A DNA stretch of 13,107 nt from Candidatus Thermofontivivens primus (GCA_031458695.1 JAVKJW010000045.1:1-13107); one strand, 5' to 3'; positions 1 to 6,629 are shown, counted from the stretch's first letter. The notes: generated from the sequence alone by a model not told the origin. Translations and numbers: made by a program.

Positions 1-597
1 GACACACCTCTCCTCGTTCCCCAAGATGGCGAAGTCCATTCCAAGAAGATGGAAAACTTTGGCGGTCGCCCGGCAAACCTCTTGTCCCCTAGGGGTATAG
101 GAGGGGTAGCATTCTGTAATCCAGAGTACATCTACCGGCCTTGGATCCTGCGGAAGAACCCGGATAGGTACTTCGGAAGTTTTCACCCACTCCGCTCTCT
201 TGCTCGGAGGTGCCCCCATGGGATTGCCGTATCGAAGGGTGTTGTCCAGGGCCCTTTTCAACTCTCTCGGTATCTCAGGGAGGCGGAGGAATACCTCCTC
301 CTTCACTACGGGCAGCAGCACCTCAGTGAGACGGATTCCCCGCGGGCACTTGGCCATGCAGGCGTAACAGCCGACGCAACTGAGCAGGCTCTCGTTGGAA
401 AGCGCCTCCTCGAGCATCCCGGCGCGCAGGAGGCCGATGATGCGCCGCGGCGGATAGTCCATCACCTCGCCATATGGACACGTCCCCGCGCATATCCCGC
501 ACTGGATGCAGGTAAGGATCCTTCTTCCTTCGGGGGTTTCTAACAGGGTTTCCAGGGTTGGTTCGCGCTCGAATGGTTTTACTGTAGCAGTCGTCAT
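1..597 (-). CDS. Heterodisulfide-reductase-related Fe-S oxidoreductase (HdrC-like 2x[4Fe-4S] domain followed by a CCG-type domain); 3' end lies outside the window
   Basis: Manual translation of the reverse strand from ATG 597 (GTG 600 is an alternative start; RBS GAGGAAGAGG) is open to base 1: MTTATVKPFEREPTLETLLETPEGRRILTCIQCGICAGTCPYGEVMDYPPRRIIGLLRAG...SCVGCYACMAKCPRGI...YGNPMG...RAEWV...VDVLWITECYPSY...GMDFAILGNEERCV. It has two CxxCxxCxxxCP motifs, an HdrC-like MDYPPRRII segment and the start of a CCG domain. It is absent from the ORF track because it has no stop codon in the window. Confidence 0.88.
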   Translation of the reverse strand, partial: MTTATVKPFEREPTLETLLETPEGRRILTCIQCGICAGTCPYGEVMDYPPRRIIGLLRAGMLEEALSNESLLSCVGCYACMAKCPRGIRLTEVLLPVVKEEVFLRLPEIPRELKRALDNTLRYGNPMGAPPSKRAEWVKTSEVPIRVLPQDPRPVDVLWITECYPSYTPRGQEVCRATAKVFHLLGMDFAILGNEERCV

Positions 598-681
598 CAC
601 GCTCGCCTCTTCCTCAAGTTTCATAACAGGGGGAGGCTCCGCCGAACCGCTAAGACGCCGAGGGAGCCTTACCCTTCCTTA

Positions 682-726
682 AGATTAAAGAAAGAATTTG
701 CTGGCAACTATCGGTCGGTTACCTGA
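682..726 (-). promoter_or_regulatory. Putative activator-dependent promoter of the Hdr-like gene
   Basis: Minus strand reads TCAGGTAACCGACCGA (726-711), TAGTTG (710-705), 17 nt, TAATCT (687-682). The geometry matches four other promoters in the window. Confidence 0.45.
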
Positions 727-801
727 ATCCAGAGGGTAAAAAAGGAGGGATTTTTATTTGGTTCTCATCTATCTAGCTTCCGAAGAAAACCCGAGGCCTG
801 T

Positions 802-817
802 TAGTACGAACTTCCTA
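802..817. promoter_or_regulatory. 16-bp TAG-N10-CTA imperfect palindrome, putative response-regulator site
   Basis: TAGTACGAACTTCCTA in the intergenic region upstream of the Hdr-like gene; resembles the boxes at 6582 and 6614. Confidence 0.45.
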
Positions 818-939
818 GCCTATGTTCTGAAGTTCAGGAAATACGTCCGGCGGGATGCGCCCGGCTACGCTGGAGGAAACTCCTGGGTCCATGACCTCGA
901 CGGTGACGGGTTTAGGTAGATTGTGTCTTATGTCACCGC

Positions 940-2853
940 TCATCGAAGGATCGGGGATGGGCGGAACCGCAGGAGGCGCAACCCGTTCAGGATGACCACG
1001 ACTGTACTCCCCTCGTGACCCACCACCGCTAGGGGAAGCCGCAGCCACCCCAAAAAAGCTCCAGCGATCAGAAGGACAATCACCGTCAACGCGATGGCAA
1101 TGTTCTGACGGATGATCCTTTGGGCCTTCCGGCTCAGGGCGATGGCGTAGGGGAGTTGTTCCAGCGTAGGGGCCATGAGCACGACATCGGCTGTCTCCAT
1201 CGCTACGTCACTGGCAATACCTCCCATGGCAATCCCCACAGAGGCAGAGGCCAAGGCTGGGGCGTCGTTGATCCCGTCTCCCACCATGCCCACTGGACCA
1301 TCTCCCTTGAGACCCTGCAGCACCTCTACCTTCGCATGGGGCAGCAACCCAGCAAACACTTCGGTGACCCCCGCGCGTTCGGAGACCGACCTCGCGGCGC
1401 TCAGATTGTCCCCTGTGAGCATCACCAACCGCTGGATCCCCATGGAACGGACCTGTTTGAGCGCCTCTTCTGTACCAGGGCGAACCACGTCGCTCGTTGC
1501 AATCACGCCCACACATTCCCCGTTCGAGAACCCTGGGGTGGCCACAAACATCACCGAGTTCCCAGAGCGTTCTAGGCGGTCGACGGCTTCCCTCATCTCG
1601 TCCGGAATGGCGATCCTTGCGCTCTCCATCAACAACCTGTTTCCCACGAGCACGTCGCCACGGCCATTGAGGACTGCGCGCACCCCCCGGCCAGGGATCT
1701 CCTCCATCTCCCGGACCTCGTAGAGCACGAGCCCCCTCCGCTGCGCCTCCTCCACTAGGGCATTCCCGAGAGGGTGCCCGCTCAAGCGCTCCGCGGAGGC
1801 AGCCAGGCGCAACACCTCCTGTTCCTCAATGCGAGCGGGGATCACCTCGGTTACCTGAGGTCTACCTAGGGTGAGCGTCCCTGTCTTGTCGAAGGCCAGG
1901 GTCTTCACGCTGGCAAGGATCTCGAGATACGTGCCCCCTTTGAACAGGACCCCGTGGCGCGCACCGTTGGCGATAGCTGCCAGGATCGTGGAAGGTGTGG
2001 AGAGGACAAGAGCACACGGAGAGGCGACGACCAAGAGAGTCATCGCCCGGTAGAACGCCTGCTCCCACCCATCCCCCTGCAAAGGCGAAAGGAGAAGAAG
2101 AGCGATGGCTGCTGTGACGACGGCCAGGGTGTAGTAGCGCCCGATCCACTCGGCGAAGTGCTGCGTCCTAGCCTTTTGGGACTGCGCAGTTTCCACCAAC
2201 TTGAGGATCTTCGCCAGGGTTGTGTCCCCGGCAGGGCGAGTGACCCGTATCTCCAGGATTCCTTGGAGGTTGAGGGTCCCTGCGTACACCTCGCTCCCCA
2301 CAACCTTTTGCACCGGGAGGGCCTCTCCAGTGATGGACCCCTGGTCCACCCACGATTCCCCGCCCTCCACCTTCCCGTCGACGGGGATCTGATCCCCTGG
2401 CCGGACGATCACGAGGTCTCCGGGTTCCACGGCTTCGATGGGAACCAGCGCCTCTTCTCCATTCCGGCGCACGCGCGCCTCCTGGGGCCTGAGGTTCATG
2501 AGGAGCTGGATCGCCCTCCTGGTCCGCTCCATGGCGTACCCCTCCAGGGTATTGCTGAGGGAGAAGAGGAGCATCAGGATCGCCCCTTCCTTCCAGTACC
2601 CCAAGGCAGAGGCACCAACGGCAGCGAGGATCATCAGGAGGTTCACGTCCACGACGCGGCGCATCAGAGCCACAAGGCTCCTCCTGGCGCTCTCGTAGCC
2701 GCCGGAGGCGAGCGAAAGCAGGTAAAACCCTACCACCAAAAGGCGCGGGCCGCCCGCTAGCTCCAGGAACCAGCCGACGAGCAGGCTTCCACCACAGATG
2801 GCGGTCTGCACCGCTTGAGGATTTGGCCTCAAAAAATCCAGGAGACGACGCAT
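940..2853 (-). CDS. Heavy-metal P-type ATPase, P1B-4 subclass (Fe2+/Co2+ exporter type)
   Basis: 637 aa with TGE (SITGEALPV), transmembrane SPC (VVASPCAL), DKTGT phosphorylation site, HP, GDGIND and C-terminal HEGST. It has no N-terminal metal-binding domain. SPC plus HEG[GS]T is the P1B-4 signature. Confidence 0.93.
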   Translation of the reverse strand: MRRLLDFLRPNPQAVQTAICGGSLLVGWFLELAGGPRLLVVGFYLLSLASGGYESARRSLVALMRRVVDVNLLMILAAVGASALGYWKEGAILMLLFSLSNTLEGYAMERTRRAIQLLMNLRPQEARVRRNGEEALVPIEAVEPGDLVIVRPGDQIPVDGKVEGGESWVDQGSITGEALPVQKVVGSEVYAGTLNLQGILEIRVTRPAGDTTLAKILKLVETAQSQKARTQHFAEWIGRYYTLAVVTAAIALLLLSPLQGDGWEQAFYRAMTLLVVASPCALVLSTPSTILAAIANGARHGVLFKGGTYLEILASVKTLAFDKTGTLTLGRPQVTEVIPARIEEQEVLRLAASAERLSGHPLGNALVEEAQRRGLVLYEVREMEEIPGRGVRAVLNGRGDVLVGNRLLMESARIAIPDEMREAVDRLERSGNSVMFVATPGFSNGECVGVIATSDVVRPGTEEALKQVRSMGIQRLVMLTGDNLSAARSVSERAGVTEVFAGLLPHAKVEVLQGLKGDGPVGMVGDGINDAPALASASVGIAMGGIASDVAMETADVVLMAPTLEQLPYAIALSRKAQRIIRQNIAIALTVIVLLIAGAFLGWLRLPLAVVGHEGSTVVVILNGLRLLRFRPSPILR

Positions 2854-2967
2854 GTCTGAAACCTTTTTACTAAGCGGATTTGGGATTCGTCAATGGTAAA
2901 GATGCAAATATGGCGGGCTTTAGAGCAGGATTATGGGAAACCGAAAGGGGAGGTTGAGGGGGATTGT

Positions 2968-3744
2968 CTAAACGGGGCCAGGTGGTCCTTCGTTCTCCTC
3001 TGAGCAGACTGCAGTTTGTGCTTCGGCATCGCGCGGTGTCCCTAACGTCTTGATGATGCGCTCGTACTCAAGTGGATGCTCCTCACGGAGTCGCTTGAGG
3101 GTAATCTTTCCCGTCCACATTGCCGGGTCGAAGGGGAAGACCTGCGGGCGGAAGTGCGCCGCATAGAAGTGCCAGAGGATGACAGCGTACACAGCCAGGA
3201 GCGCCTCCCCGCCGTGGGCCACGCGGGCAGCTGGGATCACGATCCCCGGGAGATACCTGCTGATCCATTCGGGGAACCACATGATAAAACCGGTTATGAT
3301 GAAGATCGTTGTCCCCCACACCACGAACCAATAGTCCAGCTTCTGCTGGTAGTCGAAGCGGTCATAGCGCGGGCGTTCTTTGGTGAACCCCAGGAGATAG
3401 CGGAAATCATCGACCATATCTCGGAAGTCCTTCATCGTCAGGGCCATAGGAGGGGAACCGGAGACCCCGCGCAGGACCTGCCAGAGGAGGGTGCCCAGGT
3501 GGTAGACAGAGACCCCAACCAGAACCAAGGCGAAGGTCCTGTGGATGAACCTAGTCTGTTCGATCCCCCCGAGGAGTTGGATGATCCGTTGCCCCCACCC
3601 CGTGTAGAAATACTTCTGGGGGAGGCCAGTAAAGGCCAGGACATTCACGGAGATCATCAAGAGGAAATGCTCGATCCGTCTCCCAAGGGAGAACCGTTGA
3701 ATTTCAGCTGTGCTCGCTCTTCTTGCGGATCCTTTCCTTCCCAT
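2968..3744 (-). CDS. Di-heme cytochrome b membrane subunit (FdnI/Ni_hydr_CYTB-like; CbcB-like quinol oxidoreductase subunit)
   Basis: Four TM segments with His ligand candidates RIEHF, FIHRT, VAHGG and LWHFY; also the RFDYQQKLDYW motif and C-terminal EEHPLEYE. Start placed at ATG 3744 (AGGTGA 5 nt upstream); the ORF track uses 3765. Confidence 0.88.
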   Translation of the reverse strand: MGRKGSARRASTAEIQRFSLGRRIEHFLLMISVNVLAFTGLPQKYFYTGWGQRIIQLLGGIEQTRFIHRTFALVLVGVSVYHLGTLLWQVLRGVSGSPPMALTMKDFRDMVDDFRYLLGFTKERPRYDRFDYQQKLDYWFVVWGTTIFIITGFIMWFPEWISRYLPGIVIPAARVAHGGEALLAVYAVILWHFYAAHFRPQVFPFDPAMWTGKITLKRLREEHPLEYERIIKTLGTPRDAEAQTAVCSEENEGPPGPV

Positions 3745-3832
3745 TTCCTTCACCTTTCGCCGCATCCCGAACTGCAGAGGTGATCCCTTTCCGCGGCAGG
3801 GACCTACCCCTACCCGTGGTCATCGTTCAGGA

Positions 3833-4741
3833 TCATCTCCTCCGCTCCTCCAACCGATCCATGAGCCACCTCCACAGGTCGAGTACCGTGTGGACCCCTA
3901 GGAAGACGACCACAGATGGGATCAGGATGGTGTAGAAGAGGCTCACAAGGTACACGAGCGTTGCCTTTCCGAGCGCTGGCCGTTCATGCTCGAGCCACGC
4001 GCTGGCAAACAACGCCCCTGCCTGGGGGTGACACTTCCGGCACGTCGAGAGGAGGTTCTGCTTGTTCACCGGAGAATCCGGTGCATCCACAGCTTTCACG
4101 TCATGGATGCCGTGGCAGTCATAGCATACTGCTGCTGGGCTCACCTCCTGGGGTTTGGTCACCCGGTAGAAGAACGTGGTTACGCCGTGAAACTCCGTGG
4201 CATACGTCTGGTAGACCTCCTTCATCCCATACTTGCTGGCGAGCTGGGGGTCGCCATGGCAGTTGCCACACACCAGGGGGATGTTGTTCCGGAATGCCGG
4301 ATCTTTCGCTGGCTTCACCGTATGTGCCGTATGGCAACTCTGGCAGGTCGGAACGTCGGCAAGGCCCAGCTTCAGCCCGCGCCCGTGAACGCTCTGGCTA
4401 TAGTCGCTGGCTGCGTCAGAGTGGCAACTCTGGCAGATCCGGGCAGATGCCACCCGGAACTCCCGGGCAGTCTTCGCTGCGAGGGGTGGGTGGGGATACT
4501 TCTCCTGTCCCGGGTGGCAGGTCGTGCAGGAGAGATCGCGGTGGACAGAAGCGGCAAGATCCTTCCCTTTGACGGTTACTGGGATGGACTCGCCGCTTGG
4601 AAGGGTGATGGACAACCCCTCTGTTTCATGGCATTGTAGGCAGGCTTCTTGTGCAAGGCTACGAACCGCGAAGAGGCCACATCCCGCCGCGAGGAGAATA
4701 ACCCACCAGGTAATCCTTTGTACACGGCCCCTCATGCGCAT
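3833..4741 (-). CDS. Membrane-anchored heptaheme cytochrome c (CbcA-like)
   Basis: Sec-type signal peptide (basic N-terminus, hydrophobic core, SLA|QE); seven CxxCH motifs (CLQCH, CTTCH, CQSCH, CQSCH, CGNCH, CYDCH, CRKCH); C-terminal TM anchor. Start may be 4741 or 4735. Confidence 0.93.
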   Translation of the reverse strand: MRMRGRVQRITWWVILLAAGCGLFAVRSLAQEACLQCHETEGLSITLPSGESIPVTVKGKDLAASVHRDLSCTTCHPGQEKYPHPPLAAKTAREFRVASARICQSCHSDAASDYSQSVHGRGLKLGLADVPTCQSCHTAHTVKPAKDPAFRNNIPLVCGNCHGDPQLASKYGMKEVYQTYATEFHGVTTFFYRVTKPQEVSPAAVCYDCHGIHDVKAVDAPDSPVNKQNLLSTCRKCHPQAGALFASAWLEHERPALGKATLVYLVSLFYTILIPSVVVFLGVHTVLDLWRWLMDRLEERRR

Positions 4742-4755
4742 GCCATCCGCTTCTC

Positions 4756-4800
4756 ACTCTATGATGGAGAGAGCTGCCGGAATATAGGGCTTACAGAGGA
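4756..4800 (-). promoter_or_regulatory. Putative activator-dependent promoter of the cytochrome c/b genes
   Basis: Minus strand reads TCCTCTGTAAGCCCTA (4800-4785), TATTCC, 17 nt, TAGAGT (4761-4756). The stretch TATAGGGCTT is shared with the sdhA promoter region. Confidence 0.45.
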
Positions 4801-4871
4801 TTTTCCCCTCCTCTCCCCAACCGATGAACGACGGTTGTCTGCGCAAGGGGGCGGCAGTGCTTTTCATCAGC

Positions 4872-5117
4872 CTAGGGGTGTTTCCAGGCCTGTTTATGAC
4901 ACTGCGTGCAATCCCACTCTCCCCAGCCCCGATACGAAGATACCCCTCCTGCCGAATGGCATTTCAGGCATTCGACGGCAGATGCCGGCTTCGAATACAC
5001 TGGTTTGAATCGTTGATCAGCCCATTGGATAGCTTGAGAAAGATCTCCTAGGCGATATCCCCCCCTCCGTATTGTTTCGCGTCTATCCAAACAACCATCG
5101 GGAGGGAGGGGATTCAC
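4872..5117 (-). CDS. Small protein with two CxxCH motifs (putative diheme cytochrome c; no recognisable export signal)
   Basis: 81 aa with ECLKCH and DCTQCH plus a His near the C-terminus (WKHP). A strong RBS (GAGGGAGGGGG) precedes GTG 5117. There is no hydrophobic segment. Confidence 0.6.
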   Translation of the reverse strand: MNPLPPDGCLDRRETIRRGGYRLGDLSQAIQWADQRFKPVYSKPASAVECLKCHSAGGVSSYRGWGEWDCTQCHKQAWKHP

Positions 5118-5159
5118 CTGGGCCCCCTCCCTCTCTCATGAGGATCCTAAAGGATCCCT

Positions 5160-5408
5160 TCAGCGGCCGTAGATCACGGTGTAGGTTGCGAACAGCCCCA
5201 TGGAGGCCAAGCTCAAGCCGATGGCAGCACCTAGGAAGTTCACCACCGCCCTGACCGCAGACGCTGCCCTGAGGCTAGAAACGTTGGATAGCCGGATCTG
5301 GGTCACGCTGTGGCGAAGGTTGTTGAAGCAGAAGGCCAGGAGGAACCCTCCCACAGCCACCATCGACCAGAAGACCAGGAACGCCAGGGCGATTCCCACG
5401 GGATGCAT
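5160..5408 (-). CDS. Small two-TM membrane protein of unknown function
   Basis: 82 aa with two hydrophobic helices and an Arg-containing loop. RBS GGGGGAG; starts 12 nt after the stop of the upstream receiver-like gene. Confidence 0.7.
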   Translation of the reverse strand: MHPVGIALAFLVFWSMVAVGGFLLAFCFNNLRHSVTQIRLSNVSSLRAASAVRAVVNFLGAAIGLSLASMGLFATYTVIYGR

Positions 5409-5420
5409 CTTTCTCCCCCC

Positions 5421-5795
5421 TTATGTGATGTGGATTTCCCCTTGAACGCCGGCCACGATTCCAGAAGGATCACGGATTGCCCGCACCAGATCCTCCACCT
5501 TTCTCACCGACACCAGGCGGGATTGCACCATCTGCATCCAATCCTCAGCGAGGTTCAGGGCGATGACTGTGACCCCTTGACAACTCGAGAGGATCCGGCC
5601 GACAGACCGTAGCATCTCCTCCCCCATTGTGCGCTCCAGGATGACGACTTCAGGGCGCACCGATTGGATCTCCCCAACCGCTCTCTCCAAGTCCCTTGTC
5701 ATCCCTACAACCCGGAGCCCTTCCCGCCGGAGGAGACTCTCCAGCCCTTTGGCGAAGAGCGGGTGCTGGTAGACGATGTACACGGTATCGGCCAT
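5421..5795 (-). CDS. Stand-alone degenerate (pseudo-)receiver domain protein
   Basis: The N-terminus aligns with the neighbouring regulator (VYIVYQHPLFAKGLESLL vs VLIVDDHTLFRKGLVSLL; RPEVVILE vs MPDVILMD). The acidic pair DD is YQ and the phosphoacceptor Asp is Glu. There is no output domain. RBS GAGGAAGG. Confidence 0.8.
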   Translation of the reverse strand: MADTVYIVYQHPLFAKGLESLLRREGLRVVGMTRDLERAVGEIQSVRPEVVILERTMGEEMLRSVGRILSSCQGVTVIALNLAEDWMQMVQSRLVSVRKVEDLVRAIRDPSGIVAGVQGEIHIT

Positions 5796-5819
5796 TGCCC
5801 TACCTTCCTCTCCACTTCC

Positions 5820-5864
5820 AGAGTAGGACTGGGGAAATCCAGATACTATGCCTTTTTCGGGCTA
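5820..5864 (-). promoter_or_regulatory. Putative activator-dependent promoter of the pseudo-receiver / 2-TM / diheme genes
   Basis: Minus strand reads TAGCCCGAAAAAGGCA (5864-5849), TAGTAT, 17 nt, TACTCT (5825-5820). Confidence 0.45.
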
Positions 5865-5928
5865 TTGGAAGTGGTCAATTCGCAGGGGGGTACAAGCGTC
5901 CAGGGAGACGCGAAGGTGGACCATGGAG

Positions 5929-5968
5929 TAGTTCGAAAGGAAGAGGAGAAGCTTACCGAAACGGACTA
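5929..5968. promoter_or_regulatory. Two further 16-bp box-like sites
   Basis: TAGTTCGAAAGGAAGA (5929-5944) and TTACCGAAACGGACTA (5953-5968), each with one intact TAG/CTA end. Confidence 0.35.
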
Positions 5969-5973
5969 TCTAA

Positions 5974-6040
5974 CCCCGGCAAAATCCCGACAAGAGAATT
6001 TTGCTGGGGACCCGGCAAAAGTCAAAAGACTTTTGCTGAG
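5974..6040. repeat. Two adjacent related inverted repeats (CCGGCAAAA...TTTTGCTG)
   Basis: CCCCGGCAAAAT-N12-ATTTTGCTGGGG (5974-6009) directly followed by CCCGGCAAAAGTC-AAAA-GACTTTTGCTGAG (6011-6040). Confidence 0.7.
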
Positions 6041-6045
6041 GTACT

Positions 6046-6081
6046 GAAAATTTTGAGGGGCGACACCGATGCCGCCCCTCA
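6046..6081 (-). terminator. Possible intrinsic terminator downstream of the coiled-coil gene
   Basis: Minus strand reads TGAGGGGCGGCA-TCGG-TGTCGCCCCTCA, a 12-bp stem that pairs fully (one G.U) only on the minus strand. It is followed by AAATTTTC, a weak U-tract. Confidence 0.45.
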
Positions 6082-6134
6082 GCGATGGGGAACACGAAGG
6101 AAAGACGGTCCCCGAAACCGCCCTATTCTTTTCC

Positions 6135-6497
6135 TTATGCAGCTCTCCTCGCCAATACCCCGCCAGCGAACCGCTGGATAAATGTGACGAGGCGCAGGAG
6201 AGTCTTCGCGTCCTCTTTGGCCTGCTCCAGGGCCCTCCGGTACAACTGTGCCTCTGCCCTGGCGAGAGCGAGGGCCTCGCGGTGGACACCCGCTTCTCTC
6301 TTCGCGTTTGCCAGGACCTCCCGGTACCACTGGGCATCGGCGCGAATACGAGCTCGTTCCGCATCGAGGACACGCCGTGCGATGCCAAGGGCGTGACGAT
6401 TCTCTTCTTGTACTCGCTGCAGGATCCGCCGGTGCGTCTGCAGCTCGCTCCAGCGCTGACCATTCAGTGTGCGTAGGATCTGCTGGTGCTCTCGCAC
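6135..6497 (-). CDS. Hypothetical 120-aa coiled-coil protein with internal periodic repeats
   Basis: GTG 6497 preceded by GGGGAGGAGGG. The protein is helical and rich in Arg, Glu, Ala and Leu, with a repeated [HYA]-R-[RE]-[IVA]-L motif. The ORF-track extension to 6620 overlaps promoter-like DNA. Confidence 0.65.
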   Translation of the reverse strand: MREHQQILRTLNGQRWSELQTHRRILQRVQEENRHALGIARRVLDAERARIRADAQWYREVLANAKREAGVHREALALARAEAQLYRRALEQAKEDAKTLLRLVTFIQRFAGGVLARRAA

Positions 6498-6529
6498 TTC
6501 ACCCTCCTCCCCGCCGTGGTCCCAGCACC

Positions 6530-6629
6530 ATTGTCCGGCCAAGAGGGAGGAGAGGCCATAGCACGAAAGGGTAGTGGAGTGTAGGAACTTTTTCCTAATC
6601 GGGAAAGCCTCTCTAGCCAAAAAGGACTA
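6530..6629 (-). promoter_or_regulatory. Putative promoter with three 16-bp boxes upstream of the coiled-coil gene
   Basis: Minus strand reads CTACCCTTTCGTGCTA (6574-6559), TGGCCT, 17 nt, GACAAT (6535-6530). Upstream palindromes are TAGGAACTTTTTCCTA (6582-6597) and TAGCCAAAAAGGACTA (6614-6629), 32 bp apart. Confidence 0.55.

Noticed and set aside
49..543. 164-aa plus-strand ORF
   Set aside because: Antisense shadow of the Hdr-like gene, which has clear Fe-S motifs on the minus strand.
2860..2960. Metal-responsive operator (Fur, Zur, PerR or ArsR type) upstream of the ATPase
   Set aside because: The region is AT-rich and has TTGACG on the minus strand, but I see no convincing palindrome or well-spaced -10.
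1120..3783. Plus-strand ORFs over the ATPase and cytochrome b (e.g. 1175-1723, 1954-2760, 3076-3783)
   Set aside because: Antisense shadows typical of GC-rich coding DNA, with no recognisable motifs.
5059..5065. G7 run (minus strand) in the diheme ORF as a frameshift or phase-variation site
   Set aside because: The run is short, and both alternative frames stop soon without giving a hydrophobic signal region.
5142..5157. Palindrome GGATCCTAAAGGATCC as another regulator-dependent promoter
   Set aside because: The core resembles the boxes but it lacks TAG/CTA ends, and no -10-like hexamer lies at the expected spacing.
5136..5162. Selenocysteine or recoded read-through of the two TGA codons
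   Set aside because: No Cys-like redox context, no SECIS that I can recognise, and other genes in the window end normally at TGA.
5974..6113. CRISPR array, tRNA or IS ends
   Set aside because: Only two related units with no regular spacers, no cloverleaf or T-loop motif, and no transposase or target-site duplication.
5664..6476. Several overlapping ORFs (5664-6047, 5696-6181, 5966-6463, 6069-6476)
   Set aside because: They cross hairpin and promoter DNA or shadow the better-supported 6135-6497 gene, and none resembles a known protein.
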